From Chiloscyllium plagiosum (lineage: Eukaryota): a stretch of DNA of 64,000 nucleotides. The notes beneath the pieces are model-generated. The model made no database searches. It saw only the letters and a program-made list of their open reading frames with translations, and had not been told where the DNA came from. Every line of letters begins with the position of its first letter. Position 1 is the stretch's first letter. This document shows, piece by piece, positions 25,000 through 37,899 of the stretch. The translations under genes were made by a program, and so were the position numbers. The stretch is from the NCBI RefSeq assembly GCF_004010195.1, contig NC_057735.1:52216018-52280017 (forward strand), given 5' to 3'.

Positions 25000-26285
25000 C
25001 TCATTGGAAAACTAGGCTGCACAGATCTTACCATCCTCCAAGGTGGAGAGCACAACACATCAGTGCAAACGTTAGGACTGAAGCATTTGCAGCAATCTTC
25101 AGTTAGAAGTGCCAATTATGTAATCCATCTCCACATCGTCGGGTCACTAATATGACAGATACCTGTCTTCAGCCAATCTGCTTCTCTCTACCTGATATCA
25201 AGACATGCTGAGAGGCACTGATTAAGGCAAATATTATGGTGCCTGACAAAAGTCTGGCAATAATACTGATGATGAGTGCTAACCAAGTACTTCCAGTGCA
25301 GCTACAACACTGGCATCGACCCAACAATGTGGAAAATAGGCCAGACATGCCCTGTGCACAGAAAATAGTTCAAACCAACCTGGCAAATGAATGCCCCATC
25401 AGTCCATGCTCAGTCATGAGTTAGGTGTGGGAATATATTATCAACAAAATGATCAAGCAGCACTAGCTCAGCAATAACCTGCTCAGTGACGCACAATGTG
25501 GGTTATGCAAGGCCCATTCAGCTCCTGACCGAATTACAGACTTGATTTAAACAAGGAAAAAGAACCAAGTTCCAGAAATGAGGGGATAGTGAAAACCCTT
25601 GACATTTAGGTCACATTAAGCTAAGTGTGATATTACAGAGCCCTAGCAATTTTGGAATCTATGGGTATGGGGTGACAAACTCTCCGCTGCCTGGAATCAT
25701 ACCTCACACATTGGAAGATGGTTCTGGTTGCTGGAGGTCAGTCTTCTCAGCCAAAGCACATCTCTGTTGGATTTCGTAAAGGTAGTGTCTGAGGTCCAAT
25801 CATCTTCAGCTGCTTCATCAATGACCTTCCCTCCATCATAAAATCAGAAGAGAAATCTGCATTGATGATAGCATAGTTTGTGATTTTTCACACACAAATG
25901 TAATCCATTTTACAACAAGATCTGGAAAATATCCAGTCTTAGGCTGATAAGTAGCAAGTGGCATTCACATCCCAAAAATGCCAGACAATGACCACCGTAA
26001 ATAAGAGACAATATAATCAGAACACCTTAACAGTGTTACCATCACTGAATCCTTCACTATCAAAATGCTGGTTCTTATTGTCAACGAGAAACTGAACTGG
26101 ACACTCCATATAAACACAGTTGTCACAAGTGCAGACCAGAGGCTAGGAAAACTGCAGCGAGTAACTCACCCTCCTGAATTCCAAAGCTAATCGACTCTCG
26201 AAAGGCAGATGTCAGGAGTGTAATGGTATACTTCTCCACTTGACTGGATGGATGCAGCTTCAACTACACTCAAGGAGCTTGACAT
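25000..26285 (+). mobile_element. Decayed L2/CR1-group LINE RT fragment of a different lineage
   Basis: NNLLSDAQ.G...HSAPD and GPIIFSCFINDLPS-like remnants. Confidence 0.6.
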
Positions 26286-26286
26286 C

Positions 26287-26673
26287 GAGTCATAGAGATG
26301 TACAACACAGAAACAGACCCTTCAGTCCAACCCGTCCATGCCGACCAGATATCACAACCCAATCTAGTCCCACCTGCCAGCACCCGGTCCATATCCCTCC
26401 AAACCCTTTCGATTCACATACATATCCAAATGACTCTTTAATGTTGCAATTGTAGCAGCCTCCACTACTTCCTCTGGCAGCTCATTCCTAACACGTACCA
26501 CCCTCTGTATGATAATGTTGCCCCTTAGGTCTCTTTTATATCCTTCCCCTCTCACCCTAAACCTATGCCCTCTAGTTTTGGACTCCCGGAGCCCAGGGAA
26601 AAGACTTTGCCTATTTATCTTATCCATGCCCCTCATAATTCTGTAAATCTCTATAAGGTCACCCCTCAGCCTC
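26287..26673 (-). mobile_element. CR1 LINE 3' end
   Basis: MRGMDKINRQSLFPG...TRGHRFRVRG; GAGTCATAGAG tail. Confidence 0.88.
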
Positions 26674-28615
26674 AGATAGTTAGAGGCAATAAGGAAAGGA
26701 AAGGTAAGACAGGTAGGCAGGTAGTGCAGGGGTTTTCTACGGCTATCCCCACTTCAAACAAGCTAGCTGTTTTGGAAATTGTAGAGGGTGATGGATTCTC
26801 AGGGAAATGTAGCACAAATAGCCAAATTTCTGGTATCGAGACTGGCTCTAATGCATTGAGGGTACTTTGGGTTCCAAGAGATCAATTGTGTTAGGGGACT
26901 CCCTATTCCAAAGCATAGACAGATGTGTCTGTGGCCAGCAACAAAAATCAGAATAGTGTGTTGCTTCCCTGGTGCCAGGATCAAGGATATCTCTGAGAGG
27001 GTGCAGAATGTTGTCAAGGGGCATAAGGCCCAGCAGGTGATCATAGTACACATTTGAACTAATGACATAGGAAGGGAAAAGGATAAGATTCTGAAGGGAA
27101 ACGCTAGAAAGTCAGACAAGAATTTAAAAAGGAGGTCGTTGAGAGTAGTAATATCTGGAATACTCCTGGTGCTACGAGCTAGTGAGGGTAGGAATAGGAG
27201 GGTAGAGCAAATAAATGCATGGCTGAGGAGCTGGTGTATAGGAGAAGGAATCACATTGTTAGAACATTGGAATATCTTCTGGGGTAGAACTGACCTGTAT
27301 GAGAAGGACGTATTGCACCTAAGTTGGATGGGCAATAATGGGCACAGGGAGATTTGCGCGAGCTGCTCGGGCGAATTTAAACTAGTAAGATGGGGGTGGG
27401 GTGGGGTTGGAGTGGTTGGACCCGGGGAGATAGTGAGGAAAGAGATCAATCTGAGACTGGTACAGTTGAGAACAGAAGTAAGTCAAACAGTCAGGGTAGG
27501 CATGGAAAAAGCAAAGAACAAGGTAGGACTGATAAATTAAACTGCATTTATTTCAATGCAAGTGGCCGAACAGGGAAGGCAAATGAACCCTTCCCTGTTA
27601 GGAATATGGGACTGGAATATCATAGCAATTACAGAAACATGGCTCAGGGATGGACTGGACTGGACTGGCAGCTTAATATTCCAGGATACCGATGCTACAG
27701 GAAGGAAAGAAAGGGAGTCAAGAGAGGAGGGGGAGTGGCGTTTTTGATAATGGATAGCATTACCGCGGTACTGAGGGAAATTATTCCCAGAAATGCATCC
27801 AGGGAAGTTATTTGGGTCGAACTGAGAAATAAGAAAGGGATGATCGCCTAATTGGAATTTATTATCGACTACCTAATAGTCAGTGGGAAATTGAGAAACA
27901 ACTTTGTAAGGATACTTTAGTTACCTGAAAGAATAATGGGGTGGTTATAGTAGGGGATTTTAACTTTCAAAACATAGACAGGGACAGCCATAGTGTTAAG
28001 AGTTTAGATGGAGATGGCATATGTTAAGTGTGTACAAGAAAAATTTCTGATTCAGTATATGGATGCACCAAATACAGAAGGTGCAAAACTTGACCTACTG
28101 GGGGCAGATGTTCGCAGGTAAAGGGATTTACAAGGATGTTGCCAGGATTGTAGGATTTGAGCTATAGGGAGAGGCTGAAGAGGCTGGGGCTGTTTTTCCC
28201 CGGAGCGTCGGAGGCTGAGGGGTGACCTTGTAGAAATTTATAAAATCATGAGGGGCATGGATAGGGTAAATGGACAAGATCTTTTCCCTGGCGTGGGTGA
28301 GTGCAGAACCAGAGGGCATAGGTTTAGGTGAGAGGGGAAAGATATAAAACAGACCTAAGGGGCAATGTTTTCAAACAGAGGGTGGTGCATATGTGGGTTG
28401 AGCTGCCAGAAGAAGTGGTGGAGGCTGGTACAATTGCAACATCGAAAAAGCATCTGGATGGATACATAAATAGGAAGGGTTTGGAGAGACATGGGTCGGG
28501 TGCTGGCAGGTGGGCCTATATTGGATTGAGAAATGTGGTCTGTATGGATATGCATTTTGACCCAAAGGTCTGTTTCTTGTGCTGTACATCTCTATCACTC
28601 TATCACTCTATAACT
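26674..28615 (+). mobile_element. CR1 LINE: ORF1 SGNH/GDSL esterase region, endonuclease start and 3' end (internally deleted)
   Basis: LGDSL, VCCFPGARIKDI, VVISGIL, IIAITETWL, RGGGVA motifs; 3' tail at 28130-28615. Confidence 0.85.
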
Positions 28616-28852
28616 CTTCTTTAAAACCAATGAAGCATTTATGTAAATAAAAACAGGAATAGACGTCTCAAAAATGATTATAGGACAAGAAAATCCAAGT
28701 TTGTATTTCCCCACAAGCACAGCACGCGAATAGTGGCAAAACTGGAAATAATTCAACGGATTCCAATGTTAATTGATATTTGACCTTTTAATATATCAGT
28801 GGTTTTACCGTAGAAGCACAGTGATCATTTTACATGTTTATTCATAAAAAAA

Positions 28853-29148
28853 CGGCACGGTGGCACAGTGGTTAGCACTGCTGCCTCACAGCGCCAGAGA
28901 CCCGGGTTCAATTCCTGCCTCAGGTGATTGATTGTGTGGAGTTTGCACCTTCTCCCCATGTCTGCGTGGGTTTCCTTCGGGTGCTCCGGTTTCCTCCCAC
29001 AGTCCAAAAAAATGTGCAGGTTAGGTGGATTGGCTATGCTAAATTGCCCATAGTGTTAGGTGTAGGGGAATGGGTCTGGGTGGGTGTGCGTCGGTGTGAA
29101 CTTGTTGGGCCAAAGGGCCTGTTTCCACATTGTAAGTAATCTAATCTA
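28853..29148 (+). mobile_element. HE1-type V-SINE
   Basis: Same consensus; TAATC tail. Confidence 0.9.
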
Positions 29149-30364
29149 AAATATGTCGGCACAGCTGATGTTTCTGTCTCTGTCGCTCATTCTTTCTTCG
29201 CCTCCTGCCTTTTCCCCATTTTTTTATTTATCTGATGCCAGATTTTGCCTCTCCAAAATTGTTTTTCTCAATACCATGAAGTCAACAACGTATCGTCTCC
29301 GCCAAATCCATTCAATTCTTTCTCGAGAGATTTGAATCCATTGGGCAATATTTTCTCAAAAACCCGTCTGAGTATTAAGTGAACTGGAAGTGCTTGATGG
29401 GAACACACGGAAGTTCTCTGCTCAGCATCTAAGCTCTAATGTATCAAAGCTGCGATGCTTTAGTCTGTTATTGTGAAAAGGACTTTTCATTGTATCTCAC
29501 CAGTATTATTCTTAGCTGAGGAATGTTTGATGGCTCAGTGTGATGCATATTTAGTTTATAATTAACTTCTACTAAAAATCTCTGGGAATGTTTAATATTA
29601 AAGTGAAGAGGGAGGTTAATTCTGTTTCGAATGTATTGTGCATACACTGAGGGTGTTTTCCCTGGGGGAAATCTTGAATGCAACTCTACTCTGCAGCTTA
29701 ACCAAATGTGTTTGACAAGATTGCACAGCACAATGTAGTGAAAGATTTACATATCGCATACGTGAGCTGTACAATCATGGAAAATATTAGATGTAACAGT
29801 GTAAAGGGATTTGAACCTCTACCATTGTCTTCTTGATTTCAGAATGTTGATGCTAGAATGAACATGGAACATAACTATGCATTTAACTTTGCTGTACAGG
29901 TAGACAATAATCTATGGGCACTGACACACAAACACACACACATGCAAAATGTCTTTTAACAAGTCTTGCAGTATTTAATGAATGAGCACTGAGAGAGCTT
30001 TAATATGTGATGTGTGTAATATTTGCATATTCCATGCCCCATAAGCCTACAGTGTGTGAGATAGGGTGGTTTAAATATAGTTTTAATCTCCTCTGCAGTA
30101 GCCTTCATTGTGTTTGACAAATATTCAACAGAACTGAAGGGTTATAAATGAAGTCTCTGCATAGGGAAATAATGCAACCCCACAAAAGAGGGAGAAAGGT
30201 GATCTGTCAATGATGTTATCGAGACTTGTCTTTATTCACGAGGAAGTGGAATTGAAGCACTGGGCTGTTCTTGTAAAAGATGAAATTGAGGAAAATTTAA
30301 GTAAGACCTATCATAATTCTGAAAAGACTAACTTAGAGCTAAAGTCAATTGTAAAGAACCAGAC

Positions 30365-30575
30365 GAAGGTAAACGTGAGGACAGCAGATGCTGGAGATCA
30401 GAGTCAAGATTCGAGTGGTGCTGGAAAAGCACAGTAGGTAAGGCAGCATCCGAGGAGCAGGAAAATTGGCGTTTCAGGCAAAAGCCCTTCATCAGAAATA
30501 AGACAGGGAGTCTCCGGGGTGGAGAGATAAATGGGTGGGGGCTGGGGCTGGGGAGAAGGTGGCGAAGAGTGACGC
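30365..30575 (-). mobile_element. Penelope terminal repeat with hammerhead motif
   Basis: Reverse CTGATGAAGGGCTTTTGCCTGAAACGCC. Confidence 0.7.
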
Positions 30576-30649
30576 AGATCATTCAGCAAATGAAGTTGGG
30601 TCTTTCATTCAATGACATCATGGATGAACTAATAATTCTCACCTCCACT

Positions 30650-32925
30650 TTTCAGCCTTTACCCCAGAAGCATACCGAATCAAAATTTGTCCATTCCAAC
30701 CTTGAAAATACTGAATGACAGTCTTCTGTGGTAAAAAAACTCCCAGAGATTCACTGCATTCAGGGAAAGGACATTCTCTTCTGCCTTAAATTTGTAACGT
30801 CTAATTCATACTCCCAGTCCTACACTTTCCCATAAGACATAGGGACTGAAATTAAGCCATTCAGCCCATTAGTCTGCTCTGCCATTCAATGATGGCTGAT
30901 AAATTTCTCAACGCCATGCTCTCCCATAACCCTTGATCCCTTTGATACTCAAGAACCTATCGATGTTAACTATAAATATACTCAATGACCTGGTCTCCCA
31001 CAAAGGGAAACAACCTTTCTGCATATAACCCATCAAATTTCCTGAAAATAATAGATATTTAAGAAAGTCAGTACTGAATCTTCTTTGTTTCAATTAGTAC
31101 AGGCCCAAACTACTCAATCTCAGCTCTCAAGACAGTCTCTCCATCCTCAGGATCAGTCCACTGAACCTCATGTGGATTGTCTTACATTCCAGTCTATCTT
31201 GCCTTTGATATGAGTCTCAGAACAGTTCACAGTATTCCAGTGTAGTACAGAGTCATAGAGTCATAGAGGTGTACAGCATGGAAACAGACCCTTCAGATAT
31301 CCCAACCAAATATAGTCCCACCTGCCAGCACCCAGCCCATATCCCTCCAAACCCTTCCGATTCATATACCCATCCAAATGCCTCTTAAATGTTGCAATTG
31401 TAGCAGCCTCCACCACATCCTCTGGCAGTTCATTCCATACACGTACCACCCTCTGCGTGAAAAGGTTGCCCCTTAGGTCTCTTTTATATATTTCCCCTCT
31501 CACCCTAAATCTATGTCCTCTAGTTCTGGACTCCCCGATCCCAGAGAAATGACTTTGTCTATTTATCCTAGCCATGCCCCTCATAATCTTGTGAACCTCT
31601 ATAAGGTCACCCCTCAGCCTCCGATGCTCCAGGAAAAACAGCCCCAGCCTCTTCAGCCTCTCAGATCCTCCAACCCTGGCAACATCCTTGTAAATCTTTT
31701 CTGAACACTTTCAAGTTTCACAACATCTTTCCGATAAGAAGGAGACCAAAATTGAACGCAATATTCCAACTGTGGTCTGACCAATGCCCTGTGCAGCCGC
31801 AACATGACCTCCTAACTCCTCTACTCAATACTCTGACCAATAAAGGAGAGCATACCAAACGCCTTCTTCACTATCCTATCTACCTGCGACTTCCACCTTC
31901 AAGGAGCTATGAACCTGCACTCCAAGGTCTCTTTGCTCAGCAACACTCTCTAGGAACTTACCATTAAGGGTATAAGTCCTGGTAAGATTTGCTTTCCCAA
32001 AATGCAGCACCTCACATTTATCTGAATTAAACTCCATCTGCCACTTCTCAGCCCATTGGTCCATCTGGTCCAGATCCTGTTGTAATCTGAGTTAACCCTC
32101 TTCACTGTTCACTACACCTCCAATTTTGGTGTCATCTGCAAAGTTACTAACTGTACCTCTAATGCTCGCATCCAAATCATTTATGTAAATTACAAAAAGT
32201 AGAGGGCCAGCACCGATCCTTATGGCACTCCACTGGTCACAGGCCTCCAGTCTGAAAAACAACCCTCCACCACCACCCTCTGTCTTCTATCTTTGAGCCA
32301 GTTCTGTATCCAATTGGCTAGTTCTCCCTGTATTCCATAAGATCTAACCTTGCTAATCAGTCTCCCATGTGGAACCTTGTCGAACGCCTTACTGAAGTCC
32401 ATATAGATCACATCTATTGCTCTGCCCTCATCAGTCTTCTTTGTTACTTCTTCAAAAAACTCGATCAAGTTTGTGAGACATGATTTCCCACCCACAAAGC
32501 CATGTTGACTATCCCTAATCAGTCCTTGCCTTTCCAAATATATGTACATCCTGTCCGTCAGGATTCCCTCCAACAACTTGCCCACCACCGAGGTCAGGCT
32601 CACCGGTGTATAGTTCCCTGGCTTGTCTTTACCACCCTTCTTAAACAGTGGCACCACGTTTGCCAACCTCCAGCCTTCCAGCACCTCACCTGTGACTATC
32701 AATGATACAAACATCTCAGCAAAAGGCCCAGCAATCACTTCTCTAGCTTCCCACAGAGTTCTCGGGTACACCTGATCAGGTCCTGGGGCTTTATCCACTT
32801 ATAACCGTTTCAAGACATCCAGCACTTCCTCCTCTGTAATCTGGACATTTTGCAAGATGTCACCATCTATTTTGCGACAGTCTATATCTTCCATATCCTT
32901 TTCCACAGTAAATTCTGATGCAAAA
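30650..32925 (-). mobile_element. CR1 LINE RT-to-3' end (31251-32925) next to an older CR1 piece
   Basis: KAPGPDQVYPRTL, YMDFSKAFDKVPH, KWQMEFNSDKCEVLHFG. Confidence 0.9.
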
Positions 32926-32958
32926 TAAGTATGTTGAGAACTTTTTTAAAAAAAGTAT

Positions 32959-33465
32959 TGTGGGAAGTTTGGTATAACACAACTGGCCATTTTGTCACAT
33001 ATTAAAAGCCTCGAATCCATTATATTTTTCATAGAAGCGTCTGTTTGTACGTTCCCAGACTCAGTGAGGTGGTGGACCTTGTAGCTGTGTTAGCACCTGG
33101 TAGTGAGCTCTTTCCCAGTATAGGAACGTTCGTCTTTCCCAAGAATCTACTGTAATAATAACACCTGCATATCAGCTACTAACTAACACTGTCCAGACAG
33201 CTACATGACTGGGGCTAGTGATTGGGTCAATTGCCCACATATTCATTATGATTCAGTTAACAGTTTGCTAATTGTTAAATGATTGGAACCTATATAACCA
33301 CGCAACTCGGTATCTCGTTGGAGAGACTTGTGACCAGTAGGCCAGCTTGTCTCTCCCCATGAGCTCGTGGAATAAACAGTCAATAACTCAAGGCTTGTAC
33401 GGTGTGAGTCATTCTCTTTAATTCGAGCGAGTCTCAGGCTGAATATTTTCATCCCATCCCCCACA
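32959..33465 (+). mobile_element. ERV 5' LTR (~507 bp)
   Basis: TGTGGG...CCCACA terminal inverted repeat, TATATAA near 33291, AATAAA at 33371, followed by a PBS. Confidence 0.75.
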
Positions 33466-33468
33466 GTT

Positions 33469-33486
33469 TGGCGTAGTCAGAAGGAC
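33469..33486 (+). promoter_or_regulatory. Retroviral primer-binding site, tRNA-Ser
   Basis: TGGCGTAGTCAGAAGGA matches the complement of the tRNA-Ser(AGA) 3' end, TGGCGTAGTCGGCAGGA, at 15 of 17 positions. Confidence 0.8.
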
Positions 33487-36420
33487 CTCTATTGTGCAAG
33501 GTGACCAGAACTTTCCCTTAATTTTCTTTTCCTTTTGATTTATTATTCAGCCTGTTTGAATCGGCGGGTTTTATTTGCAACTAGTCGGCAGGAGTTTTGC
33601 GAATAGTCGGTGGATTTATTTGTGAGAAGTGAGCGGGTTCATTTTGCGATTACTGGCCGGGTATGCTATTGCGATAAAACAGGACAAGCTGTGTTCACCA
33701 GGGGCGACTGTTTTTCTCTATTCTGCCACTCGCGGAAATAAGCACACTGGGCCGTGTAGAGGCCAGTGTTTCAGTTCTGATGTCTCTGTGTCTGTGTTAA
33801 AAGGTTAAAACGCTGGTAAACGATACCTAAACAAATGTTGCTTTATACGACTCCTGTAAACATTCTCCCTTGTCCCTAAATTAGATAAGATTGACTATTG
33901 GTTGGTTGACATTCAGGGAGGGTGTGGAGACTCCCCCTGGGATCGTAATTAAATGCTTACTTGTCTCAAAAGTTTCAAGAGATTGGTAAATGACACCAGC
34001 CTCCCAGAACAAAATATCCTCACCGATCCCCTGGGTGTTCTCCTTCTCCTACACCCTTGGCTCCCCTGCCTTATTCTCCTCAGTACCCCAAAATCCTTAT
34101 TTCACCTTCCCAATCTGATCCCCTTATGGAGGAGATTGGTGCCCTTTGTTACTACTGGCAATGGGGAGCAGACGGTGCTGTGCCCAGTGCTGCTCCAGTA
34201 ACATGTTGTGAATCCCGCCCCCAGGGGAGTGGTCTTGCGTTGTCCCAGGCAACGTCTGGTGTTTCATTGCCACAGCCACCTGATTCCACACACTGTGGCC
34301 ATCGCTACTGTACTCACTTAAACCAGAAGCAATCACCCCTTGAATCAGAAGGAGGCAGCTCCTCAGATCTTGATTGTTGTCTCAACCCGCAGTTGCCTAG
34401 AATAATGATAGGGCGCACTCCACTTGATAAACGATGGACACACACGGAAGTCTGTGGAATGTTACAAGACACCCCTGACCCAACAAAGTGACCTATACCC
34501 TTTTTTATTGGGGGCTTTTACAAATTTGTGACATTTATGACTGCCTTCCCCAGAAGGGGCCGACTTTATTGCAATTGGCTTACGCTTCCCATTGGTGTTC
34601 AGTTCGAGGCTTTATTGATTTTCCATCACAACACTGGGACATGCCTGAGGAGTGCTCTGTTTGGTCCGGTATATGTGTTACAGATGCCATTATGAATGTC
34701 CCTGATTTCCTTGCTCCATTTAGAGATACATGGGAAGGTTCAGCAAGGATTCTTATGTAGGATAATAAAAAAAAACTAGCCGTTCAGATGCTTATCAATT
34801 GACTTCTGCCTCACCATGCCCTGGTTTATATGGCTCAGAACCTCACTTGGAAAAATGCCTCAAATCTTACTACACTTAACAACATGGATCGACAGGGTCT
34901 GTTATGCAAAAACGTTGATAAGGTAGCTCAGCCATGATTATATGTTGTTCCTTCTCATTCCCAGGGTCTGCACCACATTGACAAATGAGTTCAGTATTGA
35001 CAAATGACTTGTGGTCAGTATGGGCACTGGGAGCGGAACTGCTGTGTGGCCTCTTCATGGCGTGGTGCGCCCACACGTACCGCTTTTAATTCACAATACC
35101 AACACCAGCCCTTTAAAGATCCTTCCCGACGCCCTAGTGTTTAGGGAGAGTGCAATAGGTATCTCGATGTGCAATAGGTATCTCGATATGCCTCACCGTT
35201 CCCCATCTGAAAATCCTATGACTGCAGTGGAAATGGGAGAGCGTTCTGTTCCAGTTTTGGTGGATTCAGGGTCCACTCATCTTTCCTATGTATCTCTAAA
35301 TTGAGCAAGAAAATCAGGGACAGTCTCAGTGGCTTTCTGCAAGCAGCGTGCAACTTCACCCAAGTCACTCTGTTGCCTGGCGGCACTCATAATGGCATTT
35401 ACCCCTGAGTTCCGACTTAGTCCGCATTGTCGGTGCCTCTGGTATTACTTTGGTTGAACACCTCTCTGATACTATCCCTATTACTGTTGGACCTTATGGT
35501 TCCAGATTCAGCCATTATTTCACCTTCCTGCCTGTCCACTTTGCTAGGTTGTGAGACTCTGTGTAAACTTAATGTCTCTATTCATTGTTCCCCTGAAGGC
35601 CTTGCTTTAGAGAGTCCCGAGTCACACTACGCTATGTTACGTGTGGCCTTGACTGAAACATCGCCATCGCCCCCTCTGGCGTCGCCGTGTATGGTTGGCA
35701 CTGTGCCACTGAGCCGCTTCACTCATTTTCATCTTCCCTCATTGCGCAGGTACAGTTCCTCTTTGTCTCCTCTGTTTCTTTTCTGCGCTGGATCCTTTTA
35801 ATGGGTCGTCCCTTTAAGGATTTTTGTTGTGCTGTGGCCCACCTCTCTGTCCCTGATCTGCCATACTCTATGCTTGCTGATCTTCACTTGAATACAGTTT
35901 CAGATATGACCCTGACTGCCCTTTGTTATGTTGGGCTTCAGGGTTTTGCAGCTGAGGTTTCTCTTTCCACCTCACTGTCCCAGGTTCTTTCCTCTGAGGT
36001 GTCTCCTTTTATTCCCTTTGTCCTGTAAAAAATCTGTTCTGTTGATGATTTGGCTTCCATGCACAAGCGTTCTCATTTGTTTCCAACTTCATTTAAGCTT
36101 CTTGTTCCTGGTGATTCGCCTTCCCTATACATTGCAGTGCTTGGTCCGGACTGTTTCTGCCTGCGTCTGCCTGCTTTTACAGCCAGTGCAACCTGTCCTC
36201 TGCTAAACCCCTTGGATGCTCTTTCCTTTGATCGTCCGTGGCTTTTAAATGATTTACCTCCCGCGCTGTGGGCCCTCCAACCTAACCATGTGGGTTTAGT
36301 CCTTTCTGCTCCTCCACATACTGTTACTTTAAAACCTGGAGCTCAATTACCATCGGTCCGGCATCATCTACTCACACCTACTGCTACTGAAGGCCTAGAC
36401 CTGTTATTGCTTTCTTTTTG
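33487..36420 (+). mobile_element. Degenerate class I (gamma/epsilon-like) ERV: leader, gag, protease, inter-domain insert, RT N-terminus
   Basis: Zinc knuckle CGQYGHWERNC (35010-35042); protease VLVDSGST and LLGCETLCKLNVSIHCSPEG; RT start LWALQPNHVGLV...VTLKPGAQLP. Cut off by a CR1 at about 36425. Confidence 0.82.
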
Positions 36421-36424
36421 CTGC

Positions 36425-37000
36425 AAGTTGAAAAATGTCCAGATTACAGAGGAGGAAATGCTGGGTGACTTGAAACGCACGAAGGCGGAAGAATCGCCAG
36501 GACCTGATCAGGTGTACCCTAGAACTCTGTGGGAAGCTAAGGAAGTGATTGCTGTGCCTCTTGCTGAGATAGTTGTATCATCGATAGTTACAGTTGAGGT
36601 CCTGGAAGACTGGAGGTTGGCTAACGTTGTGCCACTGTTTAACGAAGGTGGTAAGGACAAGCCTAGTAACAATAGACCAGTGAGCTTGACTTTGGTGGTG
36701 GGCAAGTTGTTGCATGGAATCCTGAGGGACAGGATGTATTTGTATTTGGAATGGCAAGGACTGATAAAGGATAGCCAACATGGCTTTGTGCGTGGGAAAT
36801 CATGGCTCACAAACTTGATTGAGTTTTTTGAAGAAGTAACAAAGAGGATTGATAAGGGCAGAGTGGTAGATGTGTTCTACAAATACATGGATAGGAAAGG
36901 TTGAGAGGGATATAGGCCAAATGCAGGGAAAACATCTTGGTCAGCATGGGCCAGTTTGGACCAAAGGACCTTTCTCTGTGCTGCAGGATTCCATGACTCT
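36425..37000 (+). mobile_element. CR1 LINE RT fragment with 3' tail
   Basis: SPGPDQVYPRTLWEA...QHGFVRGKSWLTNL. Confidence 0.88.
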
Positions 37001-37731
37001 GTTGTTGACCTGTTAACATAAGATTTTCCACATTCAGGAATCAATGTTGGGGATTTCTATGGTAACTCCTTTCCTTATTGTATCCCACAAAATCCCCACC
37101 ACTGATGGGTCTGTCCTGTTGGTGGGATTGATATACCCAAGGATGGTGATGGGCTTTCATGAAACGTGACCCATCAGATATGAAATCAAATGATCAAGGT
37201 ATTTACTTCATCTTATTGCTTTTGTTATGCAAAATGCGAGTTGTCTTGAATTTGGGGAGTGATTTCCGACATGAGGTTGACTGGATTTTACCAAATTCCC
37301 CACATTAAATGGCATTCAAGCCCTCGCAGTGAGAATCACATTGGGTTTCCCTCAGCTTTTTCCTGCACGCCATTCCCAGAACAACTTAGCACTCACCGGA
37401 GATCCTGGAATTAACCAGTATCCTGGGAATCAGTGCCACTTTGAAAGCCCATAGTGCACCTGGACAAGCACAGTCTGTGCGGAGCTACCCTGCATAGTGC
37501 CTGATATTGAGCCTGCTTCAAAACCTGCATTACAGGCGTGGGCATGGAGATCCTCATGGGTGGGGAGGTGCACAAGCAGGACTTCCTCCCCACCCCCGCA
37601 TCAGGATTGCTTACCTGCTCTGATGTTGTCCTCAGGTTAGAGCAGTCTCAGACCTCAGGAGGAATGTACAACATTGTTGGGACATCACTGTCCTTCTCCA
37701 CTCTAGGGGAAAGTGAGGACTGCAGCCCTTC

Positions 37732-37870
37732 CTGAAGAAGGGCTCATGCCCGAAACGTCGATTCGCCTGCTATTCCTGAAGAAGGGCTCATGCCCAAAAC
37801 GCCGATTCTCCTGCTCCTTGGATGCTACCTGACCTGCAGCTCTTTTCTAACAACACATTTTCAGCTTCTT
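37732..37870 (+). ncRNA. Tandem pair of minimal hammerhead motifs in a Penelope terminal repeat
   Basis: CTGAAGAAGGGCTCATGCCCGAAACGTC at 37732 and a mutated copy at 37776. Confidence 0.7.
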
Positions 37871-37899
37871 CTCCACTCTGCCAAGGTAAGGCAAGACCC

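Noticed and set aside
28817-28854. CACAGTG + 22 nt + AAAAAAACG resembling an RSS
   Set aside because: The nonamer is created by the SINE junction and no V, D or J segment is adjacent.
29337-29364. Nonamer-like TCAAAAACC
   Set aside because: No CAC heptamer at 12 or 23 nt spacing.
30021-30028. Octamer ATTTGCAT
   Set aside because: No leader or V exon found nearby.
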